In this document: piece by piece, positions 25,157-35,842 of the stretch | Layout: each line of letters begins with the position of its first letter | Numbering within the stretch: position 1 is the first letter of the stretch | Assembly: GCA_965112735.1 (NCBI GenBank) | Contig: OZ218963.1 | Span: 3,038,001-3,102,000 of the forward strand | DNA length: 64,000 nt | Direction of reading: 5' to 3' | DNA from: Phaeosaccion multiseriatum | Taxonomy: Eukaryota; Protista; Ochrophyta, other classes | Notes under the pieces: generated by a model | The model's database searches: none | What the model saw: the letters and a program-made list of their open reading frames with translations, nothing else | Told to the model about the DNA's origin: nothing | Program-made: the position numbers and the translations under genes

Positions 25157-25380
25157 TTTCGATAGGACGCCCTATGGCATTGAGGTACCCTCGTACCGTC
25201 CCCACTTCTTTGCTTTGTCTCGAAGTACGTCGAATATATCTTACTCTCTCCCTCCCACTCCCCCCCCCCTCCCTCCCTCCAGTGGTGTTTCTGTGCATTA
25301 GGAAGGGGGGAGATACATACGAGGACGTGCAAGTACCAGGCGAGGAGGAAGGAAAGGAGCCTGGCTTTGTGCCCGCATGA
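24522..25380 (+). CDS. ELOB: Elongin B-like ubiquitin-fold protein (exons 24522-24529, 24888-25087, 25283-25380)
   Basis: MSMYIRLKRHQTTIFMHVEASDT..VK..IL and VFL..RK..DTYEDV resemble Elongin B; an 8-nt first coding exon joins in frame. Confidence 0.78.
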
Positions 25381-25749
25381 GATGGGGGGGTGAGCAACGA
25401 GTGTGTTGCCTGTCTTTACATGTACTCGTCAGATGCATCTCTTTTCAGGGGAGAGCTCGGTAGTGGCCCGCCTGTGGCTCATCACAGCCCTGCTCGCGCT
25501 TTCTTTCGCTATTTCAAGTGGCACGACATGAAGAGGAAGCTGATGGAGCTAGGGAAGGAAGGTGGAGAGGATGTGAAGGTGTGGGGGGGAATATGCCCCT
25601 GGCAAGTAGGCGTGGCAAGGCCAAGCCTGCACGCCATTTGGATGCGAAAACGTGGCGTGAAAAAGTGTTTGGCATCATCTCCCGTCTCGGACTGAGAGAG
25701 AGGCACTCGGGAGGCTGAGGCAAACTGAGGATGCGTGTCGAGCGAGCCC

Positions 25750-26045
25750 TCCTGTGCTTGTTTGTCTGCTCTCCCAAACAAGATGCAGGCATGACACCGC
25801 CTTGTCTTTTAAAGCCATGGTAATGCGCTGTCAGGGCTGAGTGCTGACCGTTACTGCTCCGGTGTGCGACCTGTAACCGTGGCTGGGGCTCACAAACGCT
25901 AAAAGTACGGACACTGGCGAGCTTATAGAAAGCCCAGCAATCAGACTAGCACTTGTCTGCCTTCCCTTCGTTGTGCTTCACTCTAATGACCCTCTCGTGG
26001 TAGCCCCACGGAGGTTGACCGCCCCAAGCGGTTGGTAGGCCCGGC
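25750..26045 (-). ncRNA. Candidate structured non-coding RNA (identity unresolved, SRP-like motif)
   Basis: Several long stems in an intergenic region with no credible ORF; minus-strand CAGGUCG-CACAC-CGGAGCAG resembles SRP helix 8, but the flanking pairing and helix 6 do not fit well; strand uncertain. Confidence 0.3.
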
Positions 26046-27162
26046 TTTCCAGAACGAAGATACCCCCTCCCCTTTGAGCGTTCCCTGACCCAGGGGGGTT
26101 TTAGGTTGTGGCGCTCCCGCTGCAGAGCAGCCCCGCCTGTGTGTGTGTAAGGTAGCAAGGTGAGGAGCTGGATGAGGGTGGCGAGAGTGGAAGGGTAGGC
26201 TGCTTTCTAGTGTGTTGCGTGGTTGGCTCTTGCTTTCCTGTTGTGCTTCTTCTCCACCAGTGCCAAGGGAGCAGGGGCTTGCCCAGCTTTTTTTTTCGCT
26301 TTGTCTTGCAGCAGCAGCAGGTGCAGCAGCAGGAAAGCCAGCAGCAGAAAGAGGCGAGGAGGAAACTTCGGAGAGAGGAGGGTTGTGGAGAGTATGCGAA
26401 GAGCGAGAGGGATGATTCCTCCCTTCCAAACAAGCGAGGCAGCTTAAAGGGGGGTCAGACTACGTCTACACCTAGCGCTGGCAGAGGAAGGGGCATTAGG
26501 GGAACAGGGGATGGGTGAGAAGCTGCTGGGCATGATGCTTTTGTGAGCGCGCGATTACGGACAGGACGCCACTTTTGGATAGTGAGATGAGAAGAGAGGG
26601 GAGTGGGAGAGGGCACGTTTGCGCTTGGAACAAGAGAAGGTACTTCTCCTCCGTGTTGCACCCCTCCCTACTCAGAGAGTTCTGCCGCTTCTGTGCGAGC
26701 GACTTGCGCGTGCGGGCGACTTGGTTTTATTGCAGCGTACACTGAGGCCTCGCTTGCTAGACTCAGCTGAATTGAGGAGGGGGCGAGGGAGACTGAACGA
26801 ACACCTGATCAGGAGGAGCAGCAGCGCCAGCCAGAGGCTTGCAAGCAGCGGAGACGAAGAATTGTTTCGATGCTCTTTAAGGCTTGTGGCGGTTCTCGCA
26901 GTTTATTGAAGCACTTCCCGTTGTATTGGGGCGCCACTTCCGACCCCAAGCCCAGCATAGGGGCCTTCCAGCTAACGATGCCCTCAGTTTGTGTGTGAGC
27001 GTGCTTATCCCCCCTCTACCCCTTTCTTTGCCACACTGCAGCTCATCTCTTCCCTTTCCTCTATCTGCCCCCCTCCGGCTGTCCTCCCTGTTCCGCCCCC
27101 ATTCCCTCCGACTCGCCCCCCTCTCTACCACTTTCTTCCTTTTGCCTTCGCACATGCTGCAG

Positions 27163-27840
27163 ATGGTTCGCATGAGTGTTCTTGCGGATACCCTGAAAAC
27201 CATCTCTAACGCGGAGAAGCGCGGGAAGCGGCAGGTGCTGATCCGGCCCTGCTCAAAGGTGGTGGTCAAGTTCCTGCAAGTCATGCAGAAGCACGGTGAG
27301 CTAAGAAAGTAGCGAGAGGGAGAGAGCAGCAGTGGGGGAGGACTCCCTTGTCTCTTGTCCTGCACCTGATAATACGAGCGTGGATGCTGTGGCTCATTCG
27401 GGAGATGCGCTGTGTCGTTTGTGGTGATCGTGACTCCTCTGCTCACACTCTCTGAGAATGAGCAAGCTCTTCCTTTCGTGTAATGGCAAGCTTTGCGTAC
27501 TGTAGGAGACGTTGAGCGCCCTCGTGTAGGCACTGAATGGTATGTAGGTGTGCCGGTGTGCCGGTTTGTCCATTTGTACTCACACGCTTCAATTTCTCCT
27601 TGGACGACGGCCGCGTCTTGCTCGTTGCTCCGCAGGATACATTGGCGAGTTTGAGATTGTTGATGATCACCGCGCAGGAAAGATTGTGATTGAGGTACGC
27701 TCAGGCGAGGGGTGAAAACAAGGAACGGAGGGAGGAGCAAAGGGAGAGAGGAAGGGGGGGGCGGCGAAGGAAAGAGAAGAGGTGTGTGTGTTGTGGTGCA
27801 GAATAGTGTACAATCTTCTTCGCCTGACGCTGTCTCCTGG

Positions 27841-27874
<34 letters not shown>

Positions 27875-28542
27875 CTGTCTTTTTCCGGCAGCTGAACGGC
27901 CGCATCAACAAGTGCGGAGTCATCTCCCCACGGTTCGACCTCGTCCTCGGAGACACGGAGAAGTGGGTCATCAACCTTCTGCCAGCTCGTGGGGTGAGTT
28001 TCATTGCAGTAGGAGAGATAGGCAGGCAGACAGCACACTTGTTTCCCAGGCGCTTTGAGGACGGTTTGCGACAAGACTCCTCCCCTCAACTTCCCTGTTT
28101 ATTCCCCGACTTTACGGTGTCTTGGCAGCCGTCCCCCCTCCCCTCCACCCCTGTCTGTGTATGTGGTGTGGCCGTAGTTGATGATACCCCGAGATCTGAC
28201 ACCTCTTGTTTGAGAGGCGACAATAGATTGCCTCGCTGAACGCAAAACTTTCAAAGTAACTGATACTGCCACACACTGTACCACCACTGCGAGCCAGAAG
28301 ACAAGGCGACGCTAACCAAACACTATTATTTGCAGCTGTAACATTTCGCTCACAACCAACCCCCCACCCCCTCCTCCCCCCCCCCTTCCCATCCATGTCT
28401 GTCTCCTGTCTCCTGTGCGATCGATGCTCGTACACATGATTAGTTCGGACACATAGTGCTTTCCACAACATACGGTATCATGGACCACGAAGAGGCTCGC
28501 CGCAAGCACACGGGAGGAAAGGTGCTGGGCTTCTTCTACTAA
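27163..28542 (+). CDS. RPS15A: 40S ribosomal protein S15a/uS8 (exons 27163-27295, 27636-27694, 27892-27993, 28444-28542)
   Basis: [87 protein letters not shown]. Confidence 0.98.
28174..28269 (+). ncRNA. Intronic box C/D snoRNA candidate (last intron of RPS15A)
   Basis: Terminal stem gtagt/actgc, box C TTGATGA (28178-28184), D' CTGA (28196-28199), box D CTGA (28260-28263), internal hairpin; ribosomal-protein introns are classic snoRNA hosts. Confidence 0.7.
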
Positions 28543-29722
28543 GTGTCCACACATACTCACCCTCTGGGGAGGAAGGAAGGACAGCACAGCACAGCCGTGC
28601 TCGTTGGAGGTCCCCCTCTCCTCCCTCAGGGGAGAGAGAGACAGGCGGGTGCGGCGAGAGCAATGACGATCACGCTCGCACGCATACGTGCGCGAGAGTG
28701 AATCAACCGAGCGCGGCCACGCTGCTATGGCGACGTTCGTCTGAACTGTGTGCGTTTGAGGGTGCAGGCAGGCGCTTGTTGTCTTGCTCTGTCTGCCCGC
28801 GTGGCAAGTGTGGGCGTGGGGTGCCTGGCATCTTCTTTCTGCTGTGTGGGGGTATAGGATAGCGCGTTTCATCTGCGCAGAGGGGCGGGGCTAAAGTACA
28901 TACACACGACCAACAAAAACATAACAACCTCCTGTGCTCTTTATTTGAAGGCGACCATTCATCTGACTGATGCCACGCACGGCTGGCTGACCACTGCCAG
29001 TTCTATGCCTTCCGCGGGCCCTGTTGTGTCGCTCTACGTGCACAATCGTGTGCTTGACGCTGCCCAGCCCTCCTCCCATGAGGGCAAAGCAGCTCCGACG
29101 CCGGGCTTGGGGGTTGGCTTCAGAAGTGAGGATAGGGCTTGGATGGAACGAGGAGTCGGAGTCCCTCTCGATCCTGTCCCTGTCCTACTGCCTTTGCCTC
29201 TTCTCCTTCCATCATGAGGAAGGTAGGAACGTGAGGGCCGCACTTGGAGAGGAAAGAGAGCCCCACAGTGACCATCCATCACCCATCACCCATCAGTCAT
29301 GAGCCATGAGTCATCAGTCGTCCGCCGATCCTCGCTTGCGTCCATCCATCGAGACCACCACAGTGAGTCGCGGCCCTCGTGCTCCAACAAGGGGTTCACG
29401 GTGTCAAGGGGCAGACTACAGCTTCTGCATGGGACCCTCCTGATCCTAAGAAAGGGGCTGTAGGTCTCCCCGCGGGAGAGTGGGGGGGACATAAAATCAG
29501 CCAAAGCTGTCAACTCCCCCAAGAATCAAGGCCCTGATAAGAGTTGAGAAGAGGATGGCCCCTCAACCCGACTCGGAGCTCACTCACTTCGCGCCCAATC
29601 CTTGCTGCTGCAGCGCTGTCTGTCTGCACCGAGCTACGCGCCAACTGCCGTCCCGCGCGCCCTATCCGCCAAGCCGAGCAAGCGAGAAGCGGCACGCGAG
29701 CAAAGACGTCCGTGTCCTTGGC

Positions 29723-29825
29723 TATGGGACGATATGCCTGTCAATGGGACCGTATGCCTGTCTATGGTTCCATATGCCTGTCTATGGGACCATATACATG
29801 TCTGTGGGACCATATACCTGTCTAT
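29723..29825. repeat. 20-bp minisatellite x5 just downstream of the PEX19 stop
   Basis: Consensus tatgggaccatatgcctgtc. Confidence 0.9.
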
Positions 29826-29869
29826 TATGCCTCCGTCGAAGACGATGAGGTAGTCGGTCGCTTGCTCCA

Positions 29870-31874
29870 CTACATGATGCTACAGTCCTGGGGGTCCGCA
29901 CCCATTGGGTTGGGAATGCCTGGCATTTGGGGCATGAGGTTCTCTCCCATGTGGGGCATCGTCACCATGCCTTCCGCGTTGAACTCGAGGCCGGGGGCAA
30001 GATCCTTGATGATTTCCGCGGGGATCTGTTTTCAAGCAAATATATTTGTATGAATGCGAGGTGTGCGTGGGGGGGGGGGGATGCGATTGAGGGAGGGAGG
30101 GAGAGTGGGGGGGAGGGAGGGAGGGAGGGAGGGAGGGAAGTGAGACGAGCGAAGAGAGAAGAGAGAGATGAGGTGCGAGAGACGGAGACGTAAGAGTGAG
30201 CAGTTCTGGGCTACATTGGAAAGATGCCCTTCTGAGGAAGCGGAACCGAAGACAACCCTCTACTGCACTGCATCGCCGTCACCGGCACAGTTCAGATGCG
30301 TATCACTTTCAACTCGATGCACGATGCACTTGCGCTTTGTGCGTCGTCTTTCGGTCTGTTTGCCTGTCCCCCCACTCTCACCCCTCATCTTCCCATCCTC
30401 TCCTTCTCCCACCCTCCCTCTCCTTCTCCCCCTCTCCCTCTCCCAATCTCTCACCCGCTCCCCTCTCCCACTCTCACCCTCCCATCCTCCCACTCTCTCT
30501 TTTAACCTTCTGATCCTCTCCTCCTCTCAGCCTCCCCCCTCTCTCCCCTCTCTCACCCTCTCACCTGGCCGTGCTCCTGCAGGTCCTGCAAGAGCTCCAT
30601 AAGTCGCGGGAAGTTGTCCGCCTCAGTCTCATACACGCCCAGCACCCGCTGGAAGTACTGGTACTGCCGGCCATAGCGGTTGTAATCCGCATCTGTGAGG
30701 CGAGCCTTGTTCAGAGCCAGCCACTCAGGGTACTTTTCGCACACCTGCGGGGGTACAGCAGCAGAGCAGCAGAGAAGCAAAGAGAGCGTGAGCAGAAAGA
30801 AAGCCCCCCTCGCGCAGCTGCAAGAAAAGACAGACAAGTACCTTCTTGATGGGCTCATACATCATCTCCTTGGAGAGCAGTTGCTGCATGACGTTGTCCA
30901 GGACCTCGTTGTAATCCTCCTTCTCTCCGAAGCTTTCAAACTCGGCCATCATATTCTTCATAATATCCTCCCCAGTTCCCTCCATGGCCCCCATTTCGGT
31001 GCCCTCCATCTCCGCGGCGTTCTGTTGAAGGAACAAGAAAGACACAGACAAAACAACCAACAGGTACGCAGGAAGAAACACGGAAGGCGGCAAATGGAGC
31101 AGCAGAGAGTCGGCCCTCCAAGGTGCAAGTACGTTCCTTCTCTCACGAGTGGGTAATATCAAAAGCAGAAACAAATCCAAGCTTACCTGGGACAGCATCT
31201 CCAGAGTCTTGGCCACGGTCCGATCGATATCGGTCTGCTGGTCAAGGTTTGGAAACTGAGCGCTTTCTGTTTCTGAGCTCTTTCCGCTCTCTGCCACGGC
31301 TCCTCCGCCTCCACCCTTGGCTGTCGCTTTCTCTGTCGAACTCTCCCCCGCAACTGCTTCGTCATCTTTTCGGTCCTCCACCTTGGTAGCATGCATTTGC
31401 TTCAGCATCTCCGCACCCTCCACGTTTGCACCCATATGACTGAAGGCCTGCAGGGACAGCAGTAACAGGAGCAGCGCAATACAGGAGGAAGCTTGAATTA
31501 CGCACACTCTCTCCACCCGCCTCAGCCCATCTCCTTTTACCTTTTCAAGCGACGCCATCATCTCCGGATCGTTGAAGTCCTTCAGCATCTGCTCCATATT
31601 CTTGGCCAAGTTCGCCTCCTCCAAATCCTCCATGGCCTTGATATTGTACGTGTCAGCCCCCTTGCCCTTGCGCTTCTCCGTCCCTGTGGCAGCAGCAGCA
31701 GCAGCAGGCTCAGACGGGCTGAGCGCAAAACACACACAGAGATAGACCGTCGAAAGTCCCCCAAGGCACCTCACCAGCCGCGAGTAGATCCTCCTCATCT
31801 TCGAGTTCATCGAGAGCACTGTTGAGAATGGCGTCCAGCTCGTCCTGCGTCTTCTTCTTTATCATGCGAGCCAT
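29870..31874 (-). CDS. PEX19: Peroxisomal biogenesis factor 19
   Basis: N-terminal DELDAILNSALDEL (Pex3-binding), MQQLLSKEMMYEPIK, KYPEWL..YNRY..QY, MELLQDLQEHGQ.P.EII, C-terminal CaaX CSIM. Confidence 0.95.
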
Positions 31875-32112
31875 GCTTTTCTTTTTTGGATTCGATCAGT
31901 CCGCCCGTCCGTGGGCTGGGAGAGGCGCACTTTTATAGTGTCGACCTGTCCGTGGATCGATTTTTTTTGGTCCGTGGATCGATTTTTTTTGGTCCGTGGA
32001 GCGACTTTTTTCCTATATTTTTCTGCGCCATCCTCCAGCCCTCCTTTTGATACCTTTTTACCACTACGCCACGCTTCTCCTCCTTAGCCCTCACTTCACT
32101 GGTCCCAGAGCA
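31875..32112. promoter_or_regulatory. Bidirectional promoter PEX19/MIC10 with a 22-bp tandem repeat
   Basis: 238 bp between divergent ATGs; gtccgtggatcgattttttttg x2 plus a degenerate third copy (31948-32010). Confidence 0.6.
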
Positions 32113-32781
32113 ATGGCGGAACAGAAGAAGGTGGGGGAAATGGTGCTTCTTGGGGTGGTGAGGGAGTGGAAAGAAGGGAAGCGGGGAGGAGAGAGAAGGG
32201 GGGAAGAATAGAACGAGGCGGATGCGAAACGCTTTGGTTAGTCTTGAGTCGAGTGTGTCCATGAGGGAGGAGTAGTAGGTAGGAAGGGTAGTGTGCAAGT
32301 CCACCCACATGCAGCCTTGCCCCTCTCTCTCTTATCGAGCACCTGTCTATCCCACGCTTCCCCCTTTGCCGCACAGGTCCCGTCCGAGCTAGTGATCAGC
32401 GAGAAGTGGGACACATGCCTCGAGCGAAGCATCATTAATTTGGGCATGGGCCTTGTGGTTGGGGGGTTGTCGGCTGTGGTGCTTGCAAGTAAGTGGCAAA
32501 AGGCAGACCCACAAGACTGTGCTGCTGCAGTGTTCTCGCTGCTCCTTTGGCAGGGTCTCCTTTCTTTTGGCCTACAGAACCCCAACTCTGCTGCCCACGC
32601 GCCACCCTCCTGCTTTGTGTGCCCCCCTTCCAACGAACCCAACCGCTCTTCTCATTTACCCCTTCCGACAGGGTCGCCGGGCATGCGCAGAACGCTGACG
32701 GGCTTTGGCGGTGGGTTCGGTGTGGGCTACAGCTGGGTCCTGTGCTCACAAGACTTCGAGCGATTGACTAAATCTAAATAG
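32113..32781 (+). CDS. MIC10: MICOS subunit Mic10 (exons 32113-32130, 32377-32488, 32672-32781)
   Basis: VPSE..SEKWD.CLE..G.GLVVGGLS and G.GGGFGVGY glycine-motif TM helices. Confidence 0.93.
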
Positions 32782-33317
32782 AGAGCGAGCATCATCAAGC
32801 TGCACTTTTATTAGGGGATGGTAGATGTGACTTGAGAGCCCTCGACTCAGGGGCGAAGCGTGCCCGCAAGAGAGTAGCAGGGTAGCATGGTATGCGCAAG
32901 GCGGCTAGCCCTGGGGGAAGGATGACACAGACGAACAGACGAACAAAGAGGAGAGGAGAGGGAAACGATCGAGCATGCACGCTCGCTCGACTGTGCATAA
33001 TCGAAGCCGGGGGTTTTTGGGGGGTGAAGGGTGAGGAGGGAGGGGGGGCAGGGCGTGTAACAGCAATGTCCCGTGATTTGATCAGCTCCATCCCCCAGAC
33101 GACGACAGGACGGGCGACAAAGAACGTGTGTGTTTGCAACGCCGAACGGCTGCGCTCTCGAGGGATGAGTTGAAAGAGAATGAAGGCCGAAGCTTCGAAG
33201 CGCTCACATTCTTTTATGCCCTTAGTAGAGACCTTGGTAGAGATCATGTACAAGGGTCCACGTACCTACCACCCTCCAAGTTAAATGTCATTCATCTCCT
33301 ACTGGGTGCTTTACATC

Positions 33318-34025
33318 TCAGCCGACGGCGAGACTGTCTCCTCTGCTTCTTCTCCGTGACGCCTTGATGTACTGCATCAGCTCGATCGCGTTCTTGCATG
33401 CCACCCCGTGGTTGAAGGCGACGAGCTGCCCCTTGCCAATCTCAGTCCAGAGCTCGTTGGTGGTCAGGGGAGCAGTGGCGACGATGGCGATGCGGTCATC
33501 GGGGGTGTTGGCTTTGCTAAAGTCGATACTGGGCAGCACGGGAGGATAGCGTAAGGAGCCGAGAGGTAAGACAGGATAGACGCCCGGGGGGGGGGGCGAG
33601 GAGCGAAGCGATGAAGCAAAAGGGGAGAGCAAGGAGCCAGCAAGTACTACTCCTACCTGTAGTCGCAGTCCGCCAGAGAAACCCGCGCGAAAGGAAATTC
33701 CCGGGTGGTATAGTAAAGGCTGTTCCACACCAAGGACCCCTTGCGAGAGCCCGGGTGGCACCCTGCAAAGAGCCAGCCGCAGCCGTTGCTCAGGAGGAAG
33801 TTGAAGATGGTACCCTCCATGGCACACAGGCCTTGCCACAGCTCCTTTATTGTGTTGTACACGGCCACACCACAGTTAGGGCCTTGAGGGCAAAGGAAAG
33901 ACGGAAGGAAGGAAGGAAGGAAGAAACGAAGGAAGGAAGGAGAAGGGAGGGAAGAGTTTGGTGAACACGTGCTGCTTCTCAGAGTCTGCGTGGAGGGGGT
34001 CGAAGAGAGGCAAGCTGTCTATAAT

Positions 34026-34112
<87 letters not shown>

Positions 34113-35361
34113 AAGTAGAAGAAGTAGAAAATATGTTGTAGTGTAGTAAAAAGAAGAAAAGTCCTACCTTCTGGGAAGCGTTCGATGAGCTCGTTTAGAA
34201 TATAGCAAAACGCAGCCTCGCTATCCGTGTCTCCGACGGGCTGAAACCTCCTGCCCCTGTTGAGCTCCTCCCTTGCCTCACCCGTTGCCATGCCAATCTC
34301 TCCATTGTGTCCGAAGATCCAGTACTGTCCCCACAGCTCCCGCGTAAAGGGATGCACATTCTCCAGCTTCACCTGTGGAGGTAGGACGTGTAGTGTGGTT
34401 TGCAAATTGTTCCGTTACACAATGCACATGCTTGTCAGACAATGCCCACTTGGACAGCGAGGTAGACATGCATACGTCAAGGCTGCGGGGGGCAAAGGAT
34501 GGCATCTGAATGTGGGTAAGGGAAGGGGCAGGCAGGGCTGTGCGAGAGACACGCCATGGAAGGTGCTCGAGTCATGTGAAGGGAAGTACTGTGGAGCCGG
34601 CGCCCGACGAAAGGGTCAACCAAAGGAGGACCGAATGCGTAATGTATGTATAGATCCACGGGGGAGGGCCTTTCGACGTACCTCTCCCTTTGTGGCGAGT
34701 CGGACGTGTGCTATAGCGTTGGTAGTCTTGATTGGGTACTCCATGATAAAGTGCGCATAAGCGCTGGAGGAGGACGGCTGCGTGTCGATGAAGCACCGAC
34801 AGCCTCGCCCCTCGTAGAAGGCAACCCCCCACCCCTGCCAGATGTATTCGAGGAGGAGAGAAGGGGGAGAGTGAGAGAGAGAAGAGAGAAGAGAGGGATG
34901 GAGAAGAGAGTCAGAGAGAAAGAGATAAAGGGGAGGGAGAGGGAGGGACCGGAGAGAGGGGGTGCGAGAGAGGAGAGAGAGACAGGAGAAGGGGGGCGCG
35001 TAGGAGGTCGATAAAAGGAGGAGAGCGGAGAGACATCCAGGAGAGTGGGCGAGAGAGAGAGAAAGGGCATGGAACAGAGAGAGACACAAAGAGCGGGGGC
35101 GAGGCAGGAGGCAGCATAGAGAGAGTATGCAAGTTTCGCCCCCCTCCATTTGCGAGAAATACTCACATCAACGTGTTTGTCGGTGTTCCCCCCCCGCTCC
35201 TTGAAACCCCGCCAGCTAAAGCGGAAGTCCGTCGGCGAGTTCGCCTGCATACCTAAGAGCTGGCACTGGAGAGGGAAGATGAGAAGCAGCGTGTCACTAA
35301 CACTCACACTACGCGAATGTAACCTCCACACTCAAACACGTGACTGTGTGGAACGTACCAT
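33318..35361 (-). CDS. YafJ-like class II glutamine amidotransferase (Ntn hydrolase)
   Basis: M|CQLLGM (catalytic Cys2), RGGNTDKHVD|GWGVAFYE, IAHVRLATKG, ENVHPFTRELWG..W.FGHNG, PVGDTDSEAAFC, IVATAPLTTNE.W; first coding exon is the ATG alone (35361-35359). Confidence 0.9.
34027..34110. repeat. (TAG)n intronic microsatellite
   Basis: Directly visible. Confidence 0.97.
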
Positions 35362-35678
35362 TGCGGAGCCTCGTTATAAGCCAAAACGACCACTACATCA
35401 ACGCTATGCGCACAAAGCTTGAAGCGAAAGCCCTGAAGAGATGGGATAATAAATTTGTACGCTTGTAGCGTCGGATTGCCTGCGCCTGTGGACGTTTTGG
35501 CCTCCTCTCCTGTGTGATTTTGTGATTTTAGATTATCGATTTTTTGATGGGGTTGCGTGAGTGGATGTGCGTGTTGGTTGTATTCACTCACAGATACTCA
35601 ATCAATGCCCGCAACCCCTGATACACACACTTTCACACTTTCAGTTTCTTAGGTGATTCCTATTAAGTCAATAAAGTT

Positions 35679-35838
35679 CCCCTGATACACTATCGCCAGC
35701 ACGGGCTATCGGCCGGCGACAGCCGGCACGCTATCCGCTATCGCCGGCGCCAGCCGGCGCGCTATCCACTATCGCCGGGGCCCGATAGCGCGCTATCGAG
35801 AATGTGGCGATAGTGTATCAGGGGTCGACGCAGTAGTG
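35679..35838. mobile_element. MITE-like element between the DIS3L stop and the amidotransferase promoter
   Basis: Perfect 20-bp inverted repeat cccctgatacactatcgcca (35679-35698 / 35805-35824); internal ctatcgcc repeats; right flank tcgacgcagtagtg; extra acccctgatacac at 35614. Confidence 0.75.
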
Positions 35839-35842
35839 GCCG

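Noticed and set aside
25700-25730. actcgggaggctgaggc resembles human Alu/7SL sequence
   Set aside because: Only a ~17-nt match with no other Alu sequence; not evidence of contamination or a SINE.
26090-26110. Minus-strand CCTAAAACCC as a telomerase template
   Set aside because: The telomere repeat of the organism is unknown and no template-adjacent pseudoknot was identified.
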